This document shows positions 1-13,400 of a DNA stretch of 64,000 nucleotides, piece by piece. The stretch covers positions 215,636,001 through 215,700,000 of the forward strand of contig CM097885.1 in the NCBI GenBank assembly GCA_044892525.1, given 5' to 3'. Below the pieces are notes generated by a model. That model was not told the origin of the DNA, ran no database searches, and saw nothing but the letters and a program-made list of their open reading frames with translations. How positions within the stretch are numbered: position 1 is the stretch's first letter; every line of letters begins with the position of its first letter. The DNA is from Schmidtea polychroa (taxonomy: Eukaryota). The position numbers and the translations under genes were made by a program.

Positions 1-2152
1 GAGATGAAATATATTGATTGATCATCGATTCAGCCAATTATATAGCAATTATAACGTGATATATCTTTCAAAATCACAAATTTCAGTATATTTTACAATA
101 ATTTTCAAGTAGATTTCAAATATATCATCATGATAAAATTAGCTAGTTTCAACTTTAGATTTTCAATATTTAAAAGTTCATCAATATTCGTAGAAAATAT
201 ATGAAAATATTATTTTGTCAAATTCAATACAGAGTCATCATAAAAATTAAATAATAATCACTTGATTATTGTAAAAACTCTAATTATTAACCTAACTGTC
301 ATTAAAAATAATTTTTATTTAAAATTAAATTTAAAAACAAGTCAATAAAATGTAGCAAATTATCAAGAAATTAATTAAATTTGTCTTCGAATTAACACTA
401 AAACCTTAAATTTTTAAATATTCTTTCAATTATTCACAAAATAAATGTTAGTAAAATCCCGCTAACTCTAAAAATTACCAATGAATTTAATTCCAAATAA
501 TAACCAAAAATTTTCCTAAATAAAATCATTAAAACACATCAGTATCTTTACGACCAGTACCCTTACGACCAGTACCCTTACGACCAGTACCAATTGTGAA
601 CAGTACCCATAGAGGGAGAAAATATCTTGTCGGATAAACTAGGAGTATATATAATAAAACGAATTAACAATAACTCCATCAAATTGAATCAGTCAAATTA
701 ACACAAATTTTGATAAAAAATCTTATTCTAAAATGGTAAGAAGCGTAAAGTCGAAAGATAATTTTAATAACACCGAGATAAATTAACAATATTATTCTCA
801 GGTGGTAAGAATCTTCATTAAAGTTAGGAAATTATTTATTATTCTGTGATAAATTAATAATAAACTTCAAAGGGGTTAAAATAAGTGTTAGAATAATTCA
901 TTATTGGATTATGGAAGGTTAATGAAAATATACTGAGAAGTGGCATGGATATATATTAATTGTATTTATTTAAAATTATTTCATAAAATTCATAAATTTC
1001 ATAAAAATTCATAAAAAACGTTCACTTTAATAAAAAAAAAATATTTAATACAATTTTAAAAGAAATATTTGCCGGGAGAATATAAATGATAATAATTAGT
1101 AAGAAATCGAGAGTCGGCGGCTATAAGTGATGAGGATATATAAAATTATTTCTATTATATGAGCTACTAACGAATTAAAATATTTTAATAATGCGATAAA
1201 CTTTTATTTAATAAAGTATTTAATCCCCAAATGATTATTTTATTACATAAGAAACCGTGAATTGTATTTGACAGAGTAATTATGATAAATTCATATTTTA
1301 AATTATTCTTTAAGTCCTTTAATATTAACAATTTATTATTAAATTTACTATTTTACACTAATTATTTCATTTTCAAAAACAAATATTCCAAAAGATAATT
1401 TAAGATACGCTTCTTACCATTTTAGAATAAGATTTTTTATCAAAATTTGTGTTAATTTGACTGATTCAATTTGATGGAGTTATTGTTAATTCGTTTTATT
1501 ATATATACTCCTAGTTTATCCGACAAGATATTTTCTCCCTCTATGGGTACTGTTCACAATTGGTACTGGTCGTAAGGGTACTGGTCGTAAGGGTACTGGT
1601 CGTAAAGATACTGATGTGTTTTAATGATTTTATTTAGGAAAATTTTTGGTTATTATTTGGAATTAAATTCATTGGTAATTTTTAGAGTTAGCGGGATTTT
1701 ACTAACATTTATTTTGTGAATAATTGAAAGAATATTTAAAAATTTAAGGTTTTAGTGTTAATTCGAAGACAAATTTAATTAATTTCTTGATAATTTGCTA
1801 CATTTTATTGACTTGTTTTTAAATTTAATTTTAAATAAAAATTATTTTTAATGACAGTTAGGTTAATAATTAGAGTTTTTACAATAATCAAGTGATTATT
1901 ATTTAATTTTTATGATGACTCTGTATTGAATTTGACAAAATAATATTTTCATATATTTTCTACGAATATTGATGAACTTTTAAATATTGAAAATCTAAAG
2001 TTGAAACTAGCTAATTTTATCATGATGATATATTTGAAATCTACTTGAAAATTATTGTAAAATATACTGAAATTTGTGATTTTGAAAGATATATCACGTT
2101 ATAATTGCTATATAATTGGCTGAATCGATGATCAATCAATATATTTCATCTC
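1..2152. repeat. Long inverted repeat (fold-back): arms 1-747 and 1406-2152, 658-bp spacer
   Basis: 1-747 is the reverse complement of 1406-2152 (GAGATGAAAT... / ...ATTTCATCTC; inner ends ...AAGAAGCGTA / TACGCTTCTT...). No mismatch in the segments I checked. The left arm starts at base 1, so it may extend further. Confidence 0.92.
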
Positions 2153-2744
2153 TAATTAGGTATTTGATGGTAAATGTGGTGAAATATTTGTAGAAAATAT
2201 TGATTTTAGTGAATTTTGATCTTTTAGTGAGCTCTTTGAATTTAGATACTAAATTATTTCAATGGAAGAATGTCTGTAACAATTAAATACAATTCATATT
2301 TTGAAGAATTTTCTATGGATTTTAAGAGAATTGATATATTAAAGGGCTGATATATTATAGCCGGTTGGAATTAGTGAAGGTTCAGTTAAAATGGTAATAT
2401 ATGATTTTTAAGGGGGTGTTTAAAATGGTAGAAATATTTGGTGAGGAATCGGTTATGGTGGAAATGTTTGAAATCTCTATTTAAATCGACAATGTTCTTA
2501 TTGGTAAAATTTTAAAGGGAAATAGTCAGTATTTAGCTATGAATTAATAATAGTTCCTGTGAAATTATATCGTTTTAGAGGTTTATTAGGTTGTGATGAA
2601 TGTCATTGCACAGTAATTTAGATTTATGTTTTAGAACCAGTTTTTTATTAATTATCCACTGTTTTATTAAGTCTTTTAGGGTTAATGATCAATTTACTTG
2701 GTTTTGACAATGAAACCAATAATTTTTGTTTTAATTATCGATTA

Positions 2745-2972
2745 GTTCTAAAAATATGTGGCATCGTTCTAAAAATATTAGGCATCGATTACGTAATAGT
2801 TCTAAAAATATTAGGCATCGTTCTAAAATTATGACGTAATCGTTCTAAAAATAAGAGGCACCATTCTAAAAATATTTGGCATCGTTCTAAAATTATGACG
2901 TAATCATTCTAAAAATAAGAGGCATCGTTCTAAAATTATGACGTAATCATTCTAAAAATATTAGGCACCATT
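2745..2972. repeat. Imperfect tandem repeat built on (G)GCATCGTTCTAAAA(A)T units with TGACGTAAT inserts
   Basis: About 8 copies of GTTCTAAAA/ATTCTAAAA cores, three ATGACGTAAT and one ATTACGTAAT. The same GTTCTAAAAATATG core recurs at about 6397 and 6874. Confidence 0.8.
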
Positions 2973-3469
2973 CAAACCAACAACATGTATGGATGACCAC
3001 CCATTGTTAATTTATTTCCAGTGTCACGTCCCTCAAAAATACCGTGAGTGTTTTAACAAAGCTGAGCTAAAAGAAACTTTCCAGATAACAACTCACCTGA
3101 ATGTTTTGAACAAAAATGAGCGAAATTGAGAACAAACGATTAGATGGCGATTAAATTCTGGCCACAACCCTAACAACATGAAAATTAAGATTTTAATTAT
3201 TGAATTCGTTGTTTACTGCCTGGAAATACTAACAGAATATTTTTTAATTCAAAGAATCTTCATTATAAATTTTGAATTTAAAAAATTAAATGAAGGATAT
3301 ATAAGTGTACATAAAATTATAATATTATATAAAATTATACTATATAATAATGTTAATGTTTAAATATGCTTAAATAACTAAATTGTTTAAATATTTTTAA
3401 ATAACTAAATTAAATTATTTAAATTTAATTTATTTAAATATACTTTTGATATAACTTTATTTCTTTCGT

Positions 3470-4180
3470 TTTAGTATCCATAAAGTAAGTAAATAAAGAA
3501 TTTACTACAATATTTTAATTATTTTACTTAGTAATGAAGAAAATAAATTATATGATTATGAAGAAGATGAACCAGACAAAATGGTGAAACACTAAATGAC
3601 TTATGTTCTGGATTTAGAGATTTCTTATTAAAACATGAATTATAGAAGAAAATGAACCAGACAAAATGGTGAAACATTGCTATGTTCCGGATTTCTTAAA
3701 TGAATTAGCTGATTGGGGGTGTCCTTCAACATGAATTATCAGACTTAAATTATGTAAACTTTCAACAAATGTCAAGAAAAAATGGGAAAAATCGACGTTT
3801 TAGCAATTAAGTAAAGTACTCGTCATACCTGAAGAATATTATTATTAATGTAAGACATGAATTAATCTTTTAAAATATATATATTATATTTAGGTATCTG
3901 TGTTTTATGGTGGGAAATGACATTGAAAAAGTATACCACAAATAACAGTTGCCTAATAGTCAGACAGAATTTAATTTGTGACGATAAAATGCTAGATAAT
4001 GTAAGTTAATTGCTTTTAAATCAATATAAATTTTAGCAATGATAGTTGACACCGCATCAGAAACTAAGAAATACGTCCAATTTGCAAGATGTATTCCATG
4101 AAATCACTATCAAATGGCCCGATGGAGATGATAATTTTGAGATAGATTACCAGCAGAAGAGCGAGAAAAATTTGTAAATT
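3470..4180 (+). pseudogene. Decayed intron-containing gene remnant, product unknown
   Basis: GTAAG...TTAG micro-intron-like segments near 3485, 3851 and 3991 separate GC-richer blocks. There is an internal duplication of GAACCAGACAAAATGGTGAAACA, and no continuous frame survives. Confidence 0.3.
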
Positions 4181-5438
4181 AAATATAATAGGGTTGGGTG
4201 GGTCCTCTTTATCCCTTAATTAATATATATTTACAAGCTGATCGTCGTGGTGGGCGGTTGTAATCCAACTAGTGGGAGGCCTCTGTAAATATATATTTGT
4301 GTTAGTGAAAACATTAATTAATTTGGTTATAGTGCCAATGACGCATGTATTTTGAAATTATACGTTTCGAATGTGCTGGTAGTTGACTACCCATGTTAGG
4401 CGTAATGTTCCGTACGGAAAACTATAATGCCCAGGTTCTTTTGACCCCACTTGGGGAAGGCACAGACGACCCTTGTGGACGCGAACAAATATCCACCGTG
4501 TCTTTCAGGCACAGATATTTGGTCACTGCTCATTAGGCCTGGCAATACTAAATGCATAAACTTTGCCTTGTCCTCTCTTGTCTTGATTTTTATAGTTTAA
4601 ATAGTATGTGTGATAGGTTTTATTTACTAACCCTAATTAATATACCCTTGCGACATGTTGAGTGTGACCAGTACCCTTGCTAGCAATACCCATAGGGGGA
4701 CAGAATATTTTGTCTGATAAACTAGGAGTAAATACACCCATGTTAAACAAGGTATGTGTATATAGAATGTGTGTGTAAAATTATCGCTCCTTATTGACAA
4801 CTTCCTGTAAAGGCAAACACAGAATACTGCAAACATAATAATACTCTACCCCATAACTTAGTGTGTAAAAATTATTNNNNNNNNNNNNNNNNNNNNNNNN
4901 NNNNNNNNNNNNNNNNNNNNNNNNNNNNNNNNNNNNNNNNNNNNNNNNNNNNNNNNNNNNNNNNNNNNNNNNNNNNNNNNNNNNNNNNNNNNNNNNNNNN
5001 NNNNNNNNNNNGTATGTAAAAAATATTTGAGGTTTTCACGAATATTGATAATAATAATGGTTTATGAGTGTTTTTATGTTTTTGACTAATATTTGCAATA
5101 ATAATAATGGTTAATGGGTTGTGTGTGTGTGTGTGTAGAAAATATTTTAGGTTTTCACTAATATTGATAATAATAATTGTTAATGGGTTGTGTGAGTGTA
5201 AATAATATTTTAGGTTTTTGACTAATATTTGCAATAATAATAATAATAATAATAAGTTTAATGAGTTGTATGTGTGTGTGTAAAAATATTTTAGGTTTTT
5301 AATATTGATAATAATAATAATAATGGTTAATGGGTTGTGTGTGTGTGGGTAGAAAATATTTTAGGTTTTTAATATTGATAATAATAATAATGGTTGAGGG
5401 GTTGTGTGTGTAAACCATATTTTAGATTTTTCATTAAC

Positions 5439-5439
<1 letters not shown>

Positions 5440-5509
<70 letters not shown>

Positions 5510-5523
5510 TAATAATAATAATA
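5440..5523. repeat. (ATA)n microsatellite
   Basis: Near-pure ATA run; it produces the spurious poly-Ile ORF 5404..5604. Confidence 0.95.
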
Positions 5524-6197
5524 ACTCCCGCGCGTGTTAATACTTTAAAAGAAAATATTAAAAATTTAAAAAATAATAATATTTATGCAAAGCATGTGCA
5601 ATAATTATGTCTTTGTTAATTAAGTAAACTTTAGTGTCAAAATAAGTTTTTAAAATATTTTTAAATTTAAAATACCGCAACTTAATATATTTTTGTTCTA
5701 CCCCTTCATTGATTTAAGTTGGTCAGAATTTAATAATAATTATATTATACCCTTTGAGACATGTTGAATGTGAGAAGTACCCTTGTAACCATTACCTATG
5801 TAAGCAGTACACATAGGGGGGCAGAATATCTTGTCGGATAAACTCTGACTATATATGATAATAATAATAATAACTCCCGTGCGTGTTAAAATAAATAATA
5901 ATACTTTGAACTTGTATTTGAAAATAATTTACGACATGTTGAATGTGAGTAGTACCCTTGTGACAATTACCCATGTGAGTAGTGCCCTTGTGAGCAATAC
6001 CCTTAGGGGGACAAAATATCTTGTCNNNNNNNNNNNNNNNNNNNNNNNNNNNNNNNNNNNNNNNNNNNNNNNNNNNNNNNNNNNNNNNNNNNNNNNNNNN
6101 NNNNNNNNNNNNNNNNNNNNNNNNNNNNNNNNNNNNNNNNNNNNNNNNNNNNNNNNNNNNNNNNNNNNNNNNNNNNAGAAAATAATAATTATTTTAA

Positions 6198-7430
6198 TAA
6201 ATGACCTTGAAAAATTAAATGACCTTGAAAAAATAAATGACCTTGAAAAAATAAATGACCTTGAAAAAATAAATGACCTTGAAAAAATAAATGACCTTGA
6301 AAAAATAAATGACCTTGAAAATAATAAATGACCTTGAAAATAATAAATGACCTTGACCTTTTATTAAAAATTTGACCTTGACCTTGATGAGTCATCGTTC
6401 TAAAAATATGATGAGACAACGAATGAGTCATTGTCTTTGTTCTAAAAATGTGATGAGTCATTGTATGATAGAAATCTATATCTCATTAGAAAGGTCTTGG
6501 ACTGAGCTTTAAGATGAGGTATCGTCCAATAAAATCCGTTGGTGGAAACATCAATTTTTGGGATGAAAAAAAGTAGGGGCCCTCCCGGCCACTTAATAAT
6601 ATTTTGACAAATAATAATAATTTAACGTTGAAAAGATGGTGGTCATCAATTGTTAATAACTTTGTCAATAATAATGATGATGATACCTTCTATGAATCAA
6701 TCGAAAGGTCTTGCATTGGGCTTTAAAATGAGCTATCGTTGAATAATTATCGTTGTCGGGAACTCTGTACATTTAAATTTTAAAATATGACCTTGAAAAA
6801 ATAAATGACCTTGAAAATAATAAATGACCTTGACCTTTTATTAAAAATTTGACCTTGACCTTGATGAGTCATCGTTCTAAAAATATGATGAGACAACGAA
6901 TGAGTCATTGTCTTTGTTCTAAAAATGTGATGAGTCATTGTATGATAGAAATCTATATCTCATTAGAAAGGTCTTGGACTGAGCTTTAAGATGAGGTATC
7001 GTCCAATAAAATCCGTTGGTGGAAACATCAATTTTTGGGATGAAAAAAAGTAGGGGCCCTCCCGGCCACTTAATAATATTTTGACAAATAATAATAATTT
7101 AACTTTGAAAAGATGGTGGTCATCAATTGTTAATAACTTTGTCAATAATAATGATGATGATATCTTCTATGAATCAATCGAAAGGTCTTGCATTGGGCTT
7201 TAAAATGAGCTATCGTTGAATAATTATCGTTGTCGGGAACTCTGTACATTTAAATTTTAAAATATGACCTTGAAAAAATAAATGACCTTGAAAAAATAAA
7301 TGACCTTGAAAAAAAAATGACCTTGAAAAAATAAATGACCTTGAAAAAATAAATGACCTTGAAAAAAAATAAATGACCTTGACCTTGACCTTGAAAATAA
7401 TATTTTGAAAAATAAATGACCTTGAAAAAT
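6198..7430. repeat. Nested tandem repeats: 18-bp AAATGACCTTGAAAAAAT units inside 477-bp higher-order units
   Basis: 18-bp units cluster at about 6198-6385, 6786-6862 and 7265-7430. Two near-identical 477-bp copies are offset exactly 477 (6351 vs 6828; ORFs 6486..6668 vs 6963..7145). Diverged partial copies continue to about 7800. Confidence 0.93.
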
Positions 7431-7921
7431 GGTCTCGGTAAAACTTTAATAACTTTGCCGATGTTAATGATGATGATACCTTCTATGGCTCAATTGAAAG
7501 GTCTTAGACTACGCTTCAAAATAAGCTATCGATTAATAAATTCGGATAATGGGAACATTAATTTTTGGGATGAGAAAAAGTATGTCCCCGCTGGATCACT
7601 TAATAATATTTTGAATAATAATAATAATTTAACGTTGAAAAGATGGTGGTCATCAATTGTTAATAACTTTGTCAATATTAATGATGATGATACCTTCTAT
7701 GGATCAATCGAAAGGTCTTGGACTGAGCTTTAAGATGAGGTATCGTCCAATAAAATCCGTTGGTGGGAACATTAATTTTTGGGATGAAAAAAAGTGTGAG
7801 CCCGCCAGGCCAATTAATTAAAACAAAAAATTAAAAAAAAAATTTTTTTTTTCCCGGGGGGGGGGAGGGGGTATATGTGGCGCGGGGAGCTCCTGATCTG
7901 GATGGCCCACATCCTACTACT

Positions 7922-7987
7922 CACACAAGTGCATATCAAGATGCACAAAGGTGCATATCAGGATGCACACAAGTGCATATCAAGATG
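7922..7987. repeat. Three tandem 22-bp repeats (CACACAAGTGCATATCAAGATG)
   Basis: Read directly; the middle copy is diverged. Confidence 0.85.
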
Positions 7988-8002
7988 AATAACCCTGTAA
8001 CA

Positions 8003-8191
8003 CAGGGCCGGACTTTGCCATTTTAGTGCCACGATTGTACCAAACTTGAACGTGAATTTTTATTATAATGTATTTCTTCATTTTCATAGAATTTGTTCAA
8101 TTTTCAGTTGTTTGTTCAAAAAAATTTTTTCTTGAGAACTTGTGATGCCCTAGGCGCGAGCCTTGTTTGCCTAATGCTTAATCCAGGCCTG
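8003..8191. mobile_element. hAT-type MITE
   Basis: Termini CAGGGCCGGA ... TCCAGGCCTG. The flanks CTGTAACA/GTTTAACA are only a partial 8-bp TSD. Confidence 0.55.
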
Positions 8192-8637
8192 GTTTAACAA
8201 AATACTGAAACTTTCTGATTAATGAACGGTTATCGATTTTTCATCAGTCAATATCGACAGCAAGGAAACGATGAGTCAATAATATGGTTAAAATTAAGCT
8301 AGAACTGGTTATGAGATCATTCATCTGAAGTACAACGATCGATATTTGCAGTCAGAACCATGTGACAAATGTAAAATACAATCGATTCTATCTACATACA
8401 TTAAAATTACAAATTTGCATACAATTTTGAATTAATTGTTGTATTTTCTACATAATCACAAAAATTGCATGTGAATAAGAAGTACAAAATGCATGTTTAT
8501 AGCGGTCTCAACCTAGAAATGCGTATAATCTTGGATGCATTTTATCGATAAAATTCCATTTACACATATTTTAATGAAATTGCATACTAATTCGACATGT
8601 AGTACACGTGTAAAGTTAAATGATAGTGCAATATGTA

Positions 8638-8753
8638 CAGGTAACCCTCCTACAACGCGGTAGATAGGTTTCTAAAAAATGCCGCATTGTAGGAAAATTT
8701 CCGCATTTTAGGAATCGGGTTGTAACGAAACCGCGTTGTAGGTGGGTTACCTG
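8638..8753. mobile_element. Tc1/mariner-superfamily (Tigger-like) MITE, 116 bp
   Basis: 24-bp TIRs CAGGTAACCC(T/A)CCTACAACGCGGT with one mismatch; TA on both sides (8636-37, 8754-55). Confidence 0.9.
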
Positions 8754-9644
8754 TATTTAAATGTTGTGCAATTAAGGCATTGTAGTGACACAAGGTTTTA
8801 AAAATGTAAATCGAAGAAACCGCTTTCGTAGATGCAATATAAATATGTCACTCAATGTGTTAGTGAAAGAAATTATTATTTCATAAATACGCAAAATTAA
8901 AAAACTGATGTGTTTAAATAAAGTGAAAAGAAGATACTTTTTTAAATAAACACTAACAATAATATTGAAAAATCAACTACATTGTGTCTAAACTATGATT
9001 TTTTAGGGCCACATTAACAAAAATATTCTTTTAACGAAATTGAAATAAAAATCAACTCAATTTAGTTTTAAACTTCATATATCAGAAAAATTTTGCAAAC
9101 ATTTATTTTTTAAGGTCGTTTGAGTATTAGTCGGAAGTTGATTTTAATTAATTTTTAGCTTTCCAAATTTTCGGCTTGAGTTTAAAAAGACAAAGAGATT
9201 AAAAAGACAACCAGTAACAGCATTTTTTATATATTATTAGTTATTTAATTCAAAATATTTACTACAAAAAACAATGTTGGTTATAAAATAATAAAATTTG
9301 CCTATTCCTAAATAACAAGAAACTAAAAATATTCTTATAAAATAATTAAATCTACCTAAATAAAAGTCAACAAACAACGTAAAGTTTCTTATATTATTTT
9401 TATATTATCGTTCACATAAAGTTGTACAAAGATAGAATTTGAGTCACGTGACAACTAACTAGTACATACTAAAATCCATTAAAAACGAGGAGCTCATCGT
9501 CTGAGTCACCGAATAGTTTTTGGTTTAAGTATCTCATCACCAATGGTTAAAACACTAGGCATATTCACATAAAAATATGTAAAATAAAGATTTCATCATG
9601 CTTGATAATTAAAAAGTAAATATTTAGTAATAAAAATAATCATA

Positions 9645-9906
9645 TTAATAATAATAACCTGTAATTTTGGGAGATTCATCTAAAATTAGTGCTGAATTCA
9701 ATGGATGTCTGTTAGATGTGATTAGGGCTATAGATAAGGCACAAATTTTTTTGTTTGTTAAAAGAAGCTGTTCTCTGGGAAAATTTGATTTCCCATGTTT
9801 TAATTTCGACAATTTAAATGACATTCGTTTTGAGGATTTCTTTTCCTTAGTTGACAGTGTTTCACTTACTTCTGGAGATGTATCAAGCGAACATTCTTCG
9901 GATGAT
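9645..9906 (-). CDS. Putative 3'-terminal exon of the host RhoGAP gene (Ser/Lys-rich)
   Basis: Acceptor TTAATTTTAG at 9907, then an open frame SSEECSLDTSPEVSETLSTKEKKSSKRMSFKLSKLK on the same strand as the RhoGAP gene. The link to upstream exons was not resolved. Confidence 0.45.
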
Positions 9907-10490
9907 CTAAAATTAACATAATGTTTTAATGATGACTGAATCGCAAATATTTTCAATTATAGTTTACCAAGATATCGCGTGTTTTATTAAACGTTTAATT
10001 TATGATTTCTAATATAAATATTATAAATATAGATTTCATTGTAATTTATAATCGTGATATGCTAAATGTATAGCACTTTCTGTCAATTTTTAACGAAAAG
10101 CTATTTTTTTGTAACATTGTGTGTTTGTAATTATGTAGTTTATTATACTGAAACACAAGGCACTTATCTGAAAATTGATTTTTTTGAATCGAATGATGCC
10201 TAGTTTATCTAATTTAACTAGGAATTTACTTTAAAAGTTACAATATGTTAAATATTAGAGGTTTATTTAAAATAAATTTTGAACATCATCTCGTTTCAAA
10301 TGCACAGTGCTAAAGAGTTTTAAATTATTATTATTAAGAGTAGTTATATTAAATTACCATTATTATTATTTTTCTATTCCTCAATAAAACCACTTTATGG
10401 TCAGAGAATATGTTTAGCAATTTGTTTAAATCGTAGTATACACTAGTACATTATCTAGTCTGTATGCCAAAATAAAAATGAAATAATATT

Positions 10491-13400
10491 AAGAAATTAA
10501 TATTATTAGAATTGTTTTAATAAACGTATGTAATAGAAGAATAAAATTTTGAAATAGACTTATTATTCAATTCACTTCAATGGCGCCACGAGCAGGATTA
10601 CCACATATGGATCTCACAAATGCAGACCAATGCGAAACATGGCTACTCACATTCAATGCGATAATTAGGATAAACCAATGGACGGATTCTGAAATAAAAT
10701 TATCAATTACAGACAATTTTGGATTTATGTGGGTTTGAGGCACTTAAAAAAATCCGATCCATTCTATCCCCAAGAACAATCCAAACGAACAGATATGAAG
10801 AAATCGAATCAGCAATAAGGATATACTTACATCCGAAATCAAGGTTGGTTGTAGCAGAAAGTAGATATTTGAAGATAAAACAAGAAAAATCCGAAAATAT
10901 TTCAGATTTCATTGTACGACTTCGGAAAGTCGCACAATTCTCTGAGTTCGAGAAACTGAAAGAATATAAAAAGATCCAGTAGAATATATGATAAGAATGT
11001 CAGTAACACCCGGTCTTTACGACGACAAAGCGAAATTATACCTTCTTGAAAAAATAGGACACGGCAAAGTATCAGTGAAACATATTCAAGAGATCATACA
11101 AGACATGAAAAAGGTCAAGATAGTCACTGCAAATTTCGAGAAACCAAATGAAGATGAGCAAAATATGAATAAATTTTATTCACGCAAATAATTTATTCCA
11201 AGAGAGAAATGTAAGTATTGTGGTTCTGAACATAGACATGGCAAATGCCCTGCATTTGGGAAAAGTTGCACCAAGAAAGCATAAACTCGGATATTGGAAC
11301 AATCATCGCAATTGATTCGTGTAGGAAGATGCTATTAAATTGCCAAATAAACTCGCACGTGCTTATGCAAGTTGACACGGGTGCAGATGTGTCCATAATA
11401 TCGTCCAGGATGTGGGAGAATATAAGTAAACCTCAGTTAACCCATTCGCAAGTTATATTGTCAGCATACGATGGCCATACGATGATGTGCAGAGATCAGT
11501 TTCTTGCTGATGAAGAAACTAAAACCAAGCGTCAGGTCATAACATTAACGGTTATTGAATCAGATAAAAGATATCGTCTTTTAGGCAGAAATCTTTTAGA
11601 AGTGTCACGATGAAGAGTACATTTTCCCCACAATCAAAGGAATTCAAGCCATAATGATACCAATAAAAGAGGCCAGGAATGTATTCTGTAAAGCAAGAAC
11701 TGTACCGTTGGCAATGGAACAAGAATCACTGAGGAATTATCACGTCCTGAGGAAATGGGACTAATCTCACAATCCAAAGATCTAGTAATGAATTGTTCTC
11801 CTGTAGTATGGATAAAAAGAGAGAATAGAGATTTAAGGATGTGCGTGGATTTCAAAGTTCATATAAACCAGAAAATCAATACGGAATCATATCCTCTACC
11901 CAAGATAGAAACTATATTCGCATGCATGAAAAATGCAAAACGTCTTGCCAAAGTAGACCTGAAATCGGCCTATTGGCAAATTGAGCTTGATAAAGAGGCA
12001 CGACAACTATCAATTATAAATACATACTATGTAAATCGTATGCAGATGGGCATGAAAAATGCTTTGGCGATATTTCAAAAACCATGGAGAAAATTTTATA
12101 AGATATAAAAGGTATCCTTATATACCAAGATGACGTCCTGGATTTTGGAGAAAATGATGTTTCGTTAAAATACGGTTAGACGCAGTCAAGCAACACCAAA
12201 AAGAAAAGAAAATCACTGTAAACAAAGAAAAGTCAATTGAATACGTCGATGAAATTACGTTTTTCAGCCGGATAATAAGTTAGTAAGAAAATTACAAGAC
12301 ATCATTGTTACTACGAATAGGAAAGAAGCAGAAAACTTTACCGGACTAACAAATTATTTTGGTAACTCATTCCCAAATACTCGGACAAATTTGCATCTTT
12401 GAACAGCACGAGAATAGTATTTTTGTTTGGACGGAGAAATGTCAGGAAAGTTTCGACCAACTAAAGAAGGAATTATATGATCATCAGGTAAGGAAACCGT
12501 ACTCCCTTGAAAAATAAGTGACTCTGACGACAGACGAATCCTTAAGTGCTGTCGTAGCAGTTCTAACTCAAGAAGGTTACCCAGTGATTTATTTTTCCCG
12601 AACTCTGAGCCAAGTAGAACGTAATTATTCAAACATAGAAAGAGAAGCCTTAGCTGTTGTATGGTCTGTAACCAGGTTGAGTCATTTCCTTCTAGGAAGA
12701 AAATTCTTAGTTCAGACCGATCATTGTTCGTTGAAATATTTATTTGGAAGTGACAGGGCAATCCCAGATCAAGTCTCTGCACAGATAACAAAATGGGCAA
12801 TACAACTGATGAAATACGACTATGATATAACATATATTCCGGGAGCACAGATCCCACATGCAGATGCCATGTCAAGACTTAAATTCAAAGATGCAAGCAA
12901 GGAAAATGTTGATTTCGACACAATGAATGCGCCACAAATTTATAACGTCACATTTTGTAATGTTTTAAATCCAAAAGAAATTATAAATGAACTTGAGATT
13001 GATGAACGGTTGAAAGGAATTATGGAACGAGTGATAAGTGGAAAATGGTCCAAATGCAGTCAATTTGAAGCACAATTTTAAAAAGATTATAAGTCTCACA
13101 ATTGACAACAACATGCTGTATAATGGAAAAGCTTTCAATTTAATTCACAAGGAAACACACAATAGAGTGCAAACATCTTACAGAATGTTGAGCTCGGTGG
13201 CATGGTGGCCAGGTATGACAAACGACTTTGAGAAATTTGTAAAAACTTGTTCAATGTGCTCGAAAATCCGACCAAATCCAATCAAAACAGTTCATCGATG
13301 GCCCGATGCTAAGCCGTTCGAACGAATACATCTTGACTGGGCATACTCCAAGGAGGTGGGCAACATTTTAATTATTGTTGAGTCGGGTTCGGGTTGGATC

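Larger units (their letters stand above)
4650..7921 (-). mobile_element. Probable terminal/subterminal region of a decayed Polinton/Maverick-like element
   Basis: Reading the minus strand from 7921 gives AGTAGTAGG (Polinton ends typically start with AGT-type short repeats), then a G/C tract and nested tandem repeats. It shares the CGAAAGGTCTTG motif and TGA(C/G)TCA sites with the element end at 47760-48160. No core genes remain. Confidence 0.5.

Noticed and set aside
1400-2700. Possible LINE endonuclease or C-to-T hypermutated gene
   Set aside because: Only fragmentary resemblances were found, with stops in all six frames; I could not support a family assignment.
4190-4620. GC-richer island as a possible ncRNA or hammerhead ribozyme
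   Set aside because: No CTGATGA...GAAA core, tRNA cloverleaf or recognisable rRNA/snRNA motif was found.
5404-5604. Poly-Ile ORF
   Set aside because: It is a translation of an (ATA)n microsatellite.
5855-6461. ORFs with LEKIND / FQGHLF repeats, and a CRISPR-like look
   Set aside because: Both ORFs are readings of an 18-bp tandem repeat with no unique spacers, in eukaryotic context with no cas genes. One ORF also spans an N gap.
6486-7733. Duplicated 60-aa ORFs and the 105-aa ORF 7416..7733
   Set aside because: They arise from the 477-bp repeat units, and related copies are out of frame.
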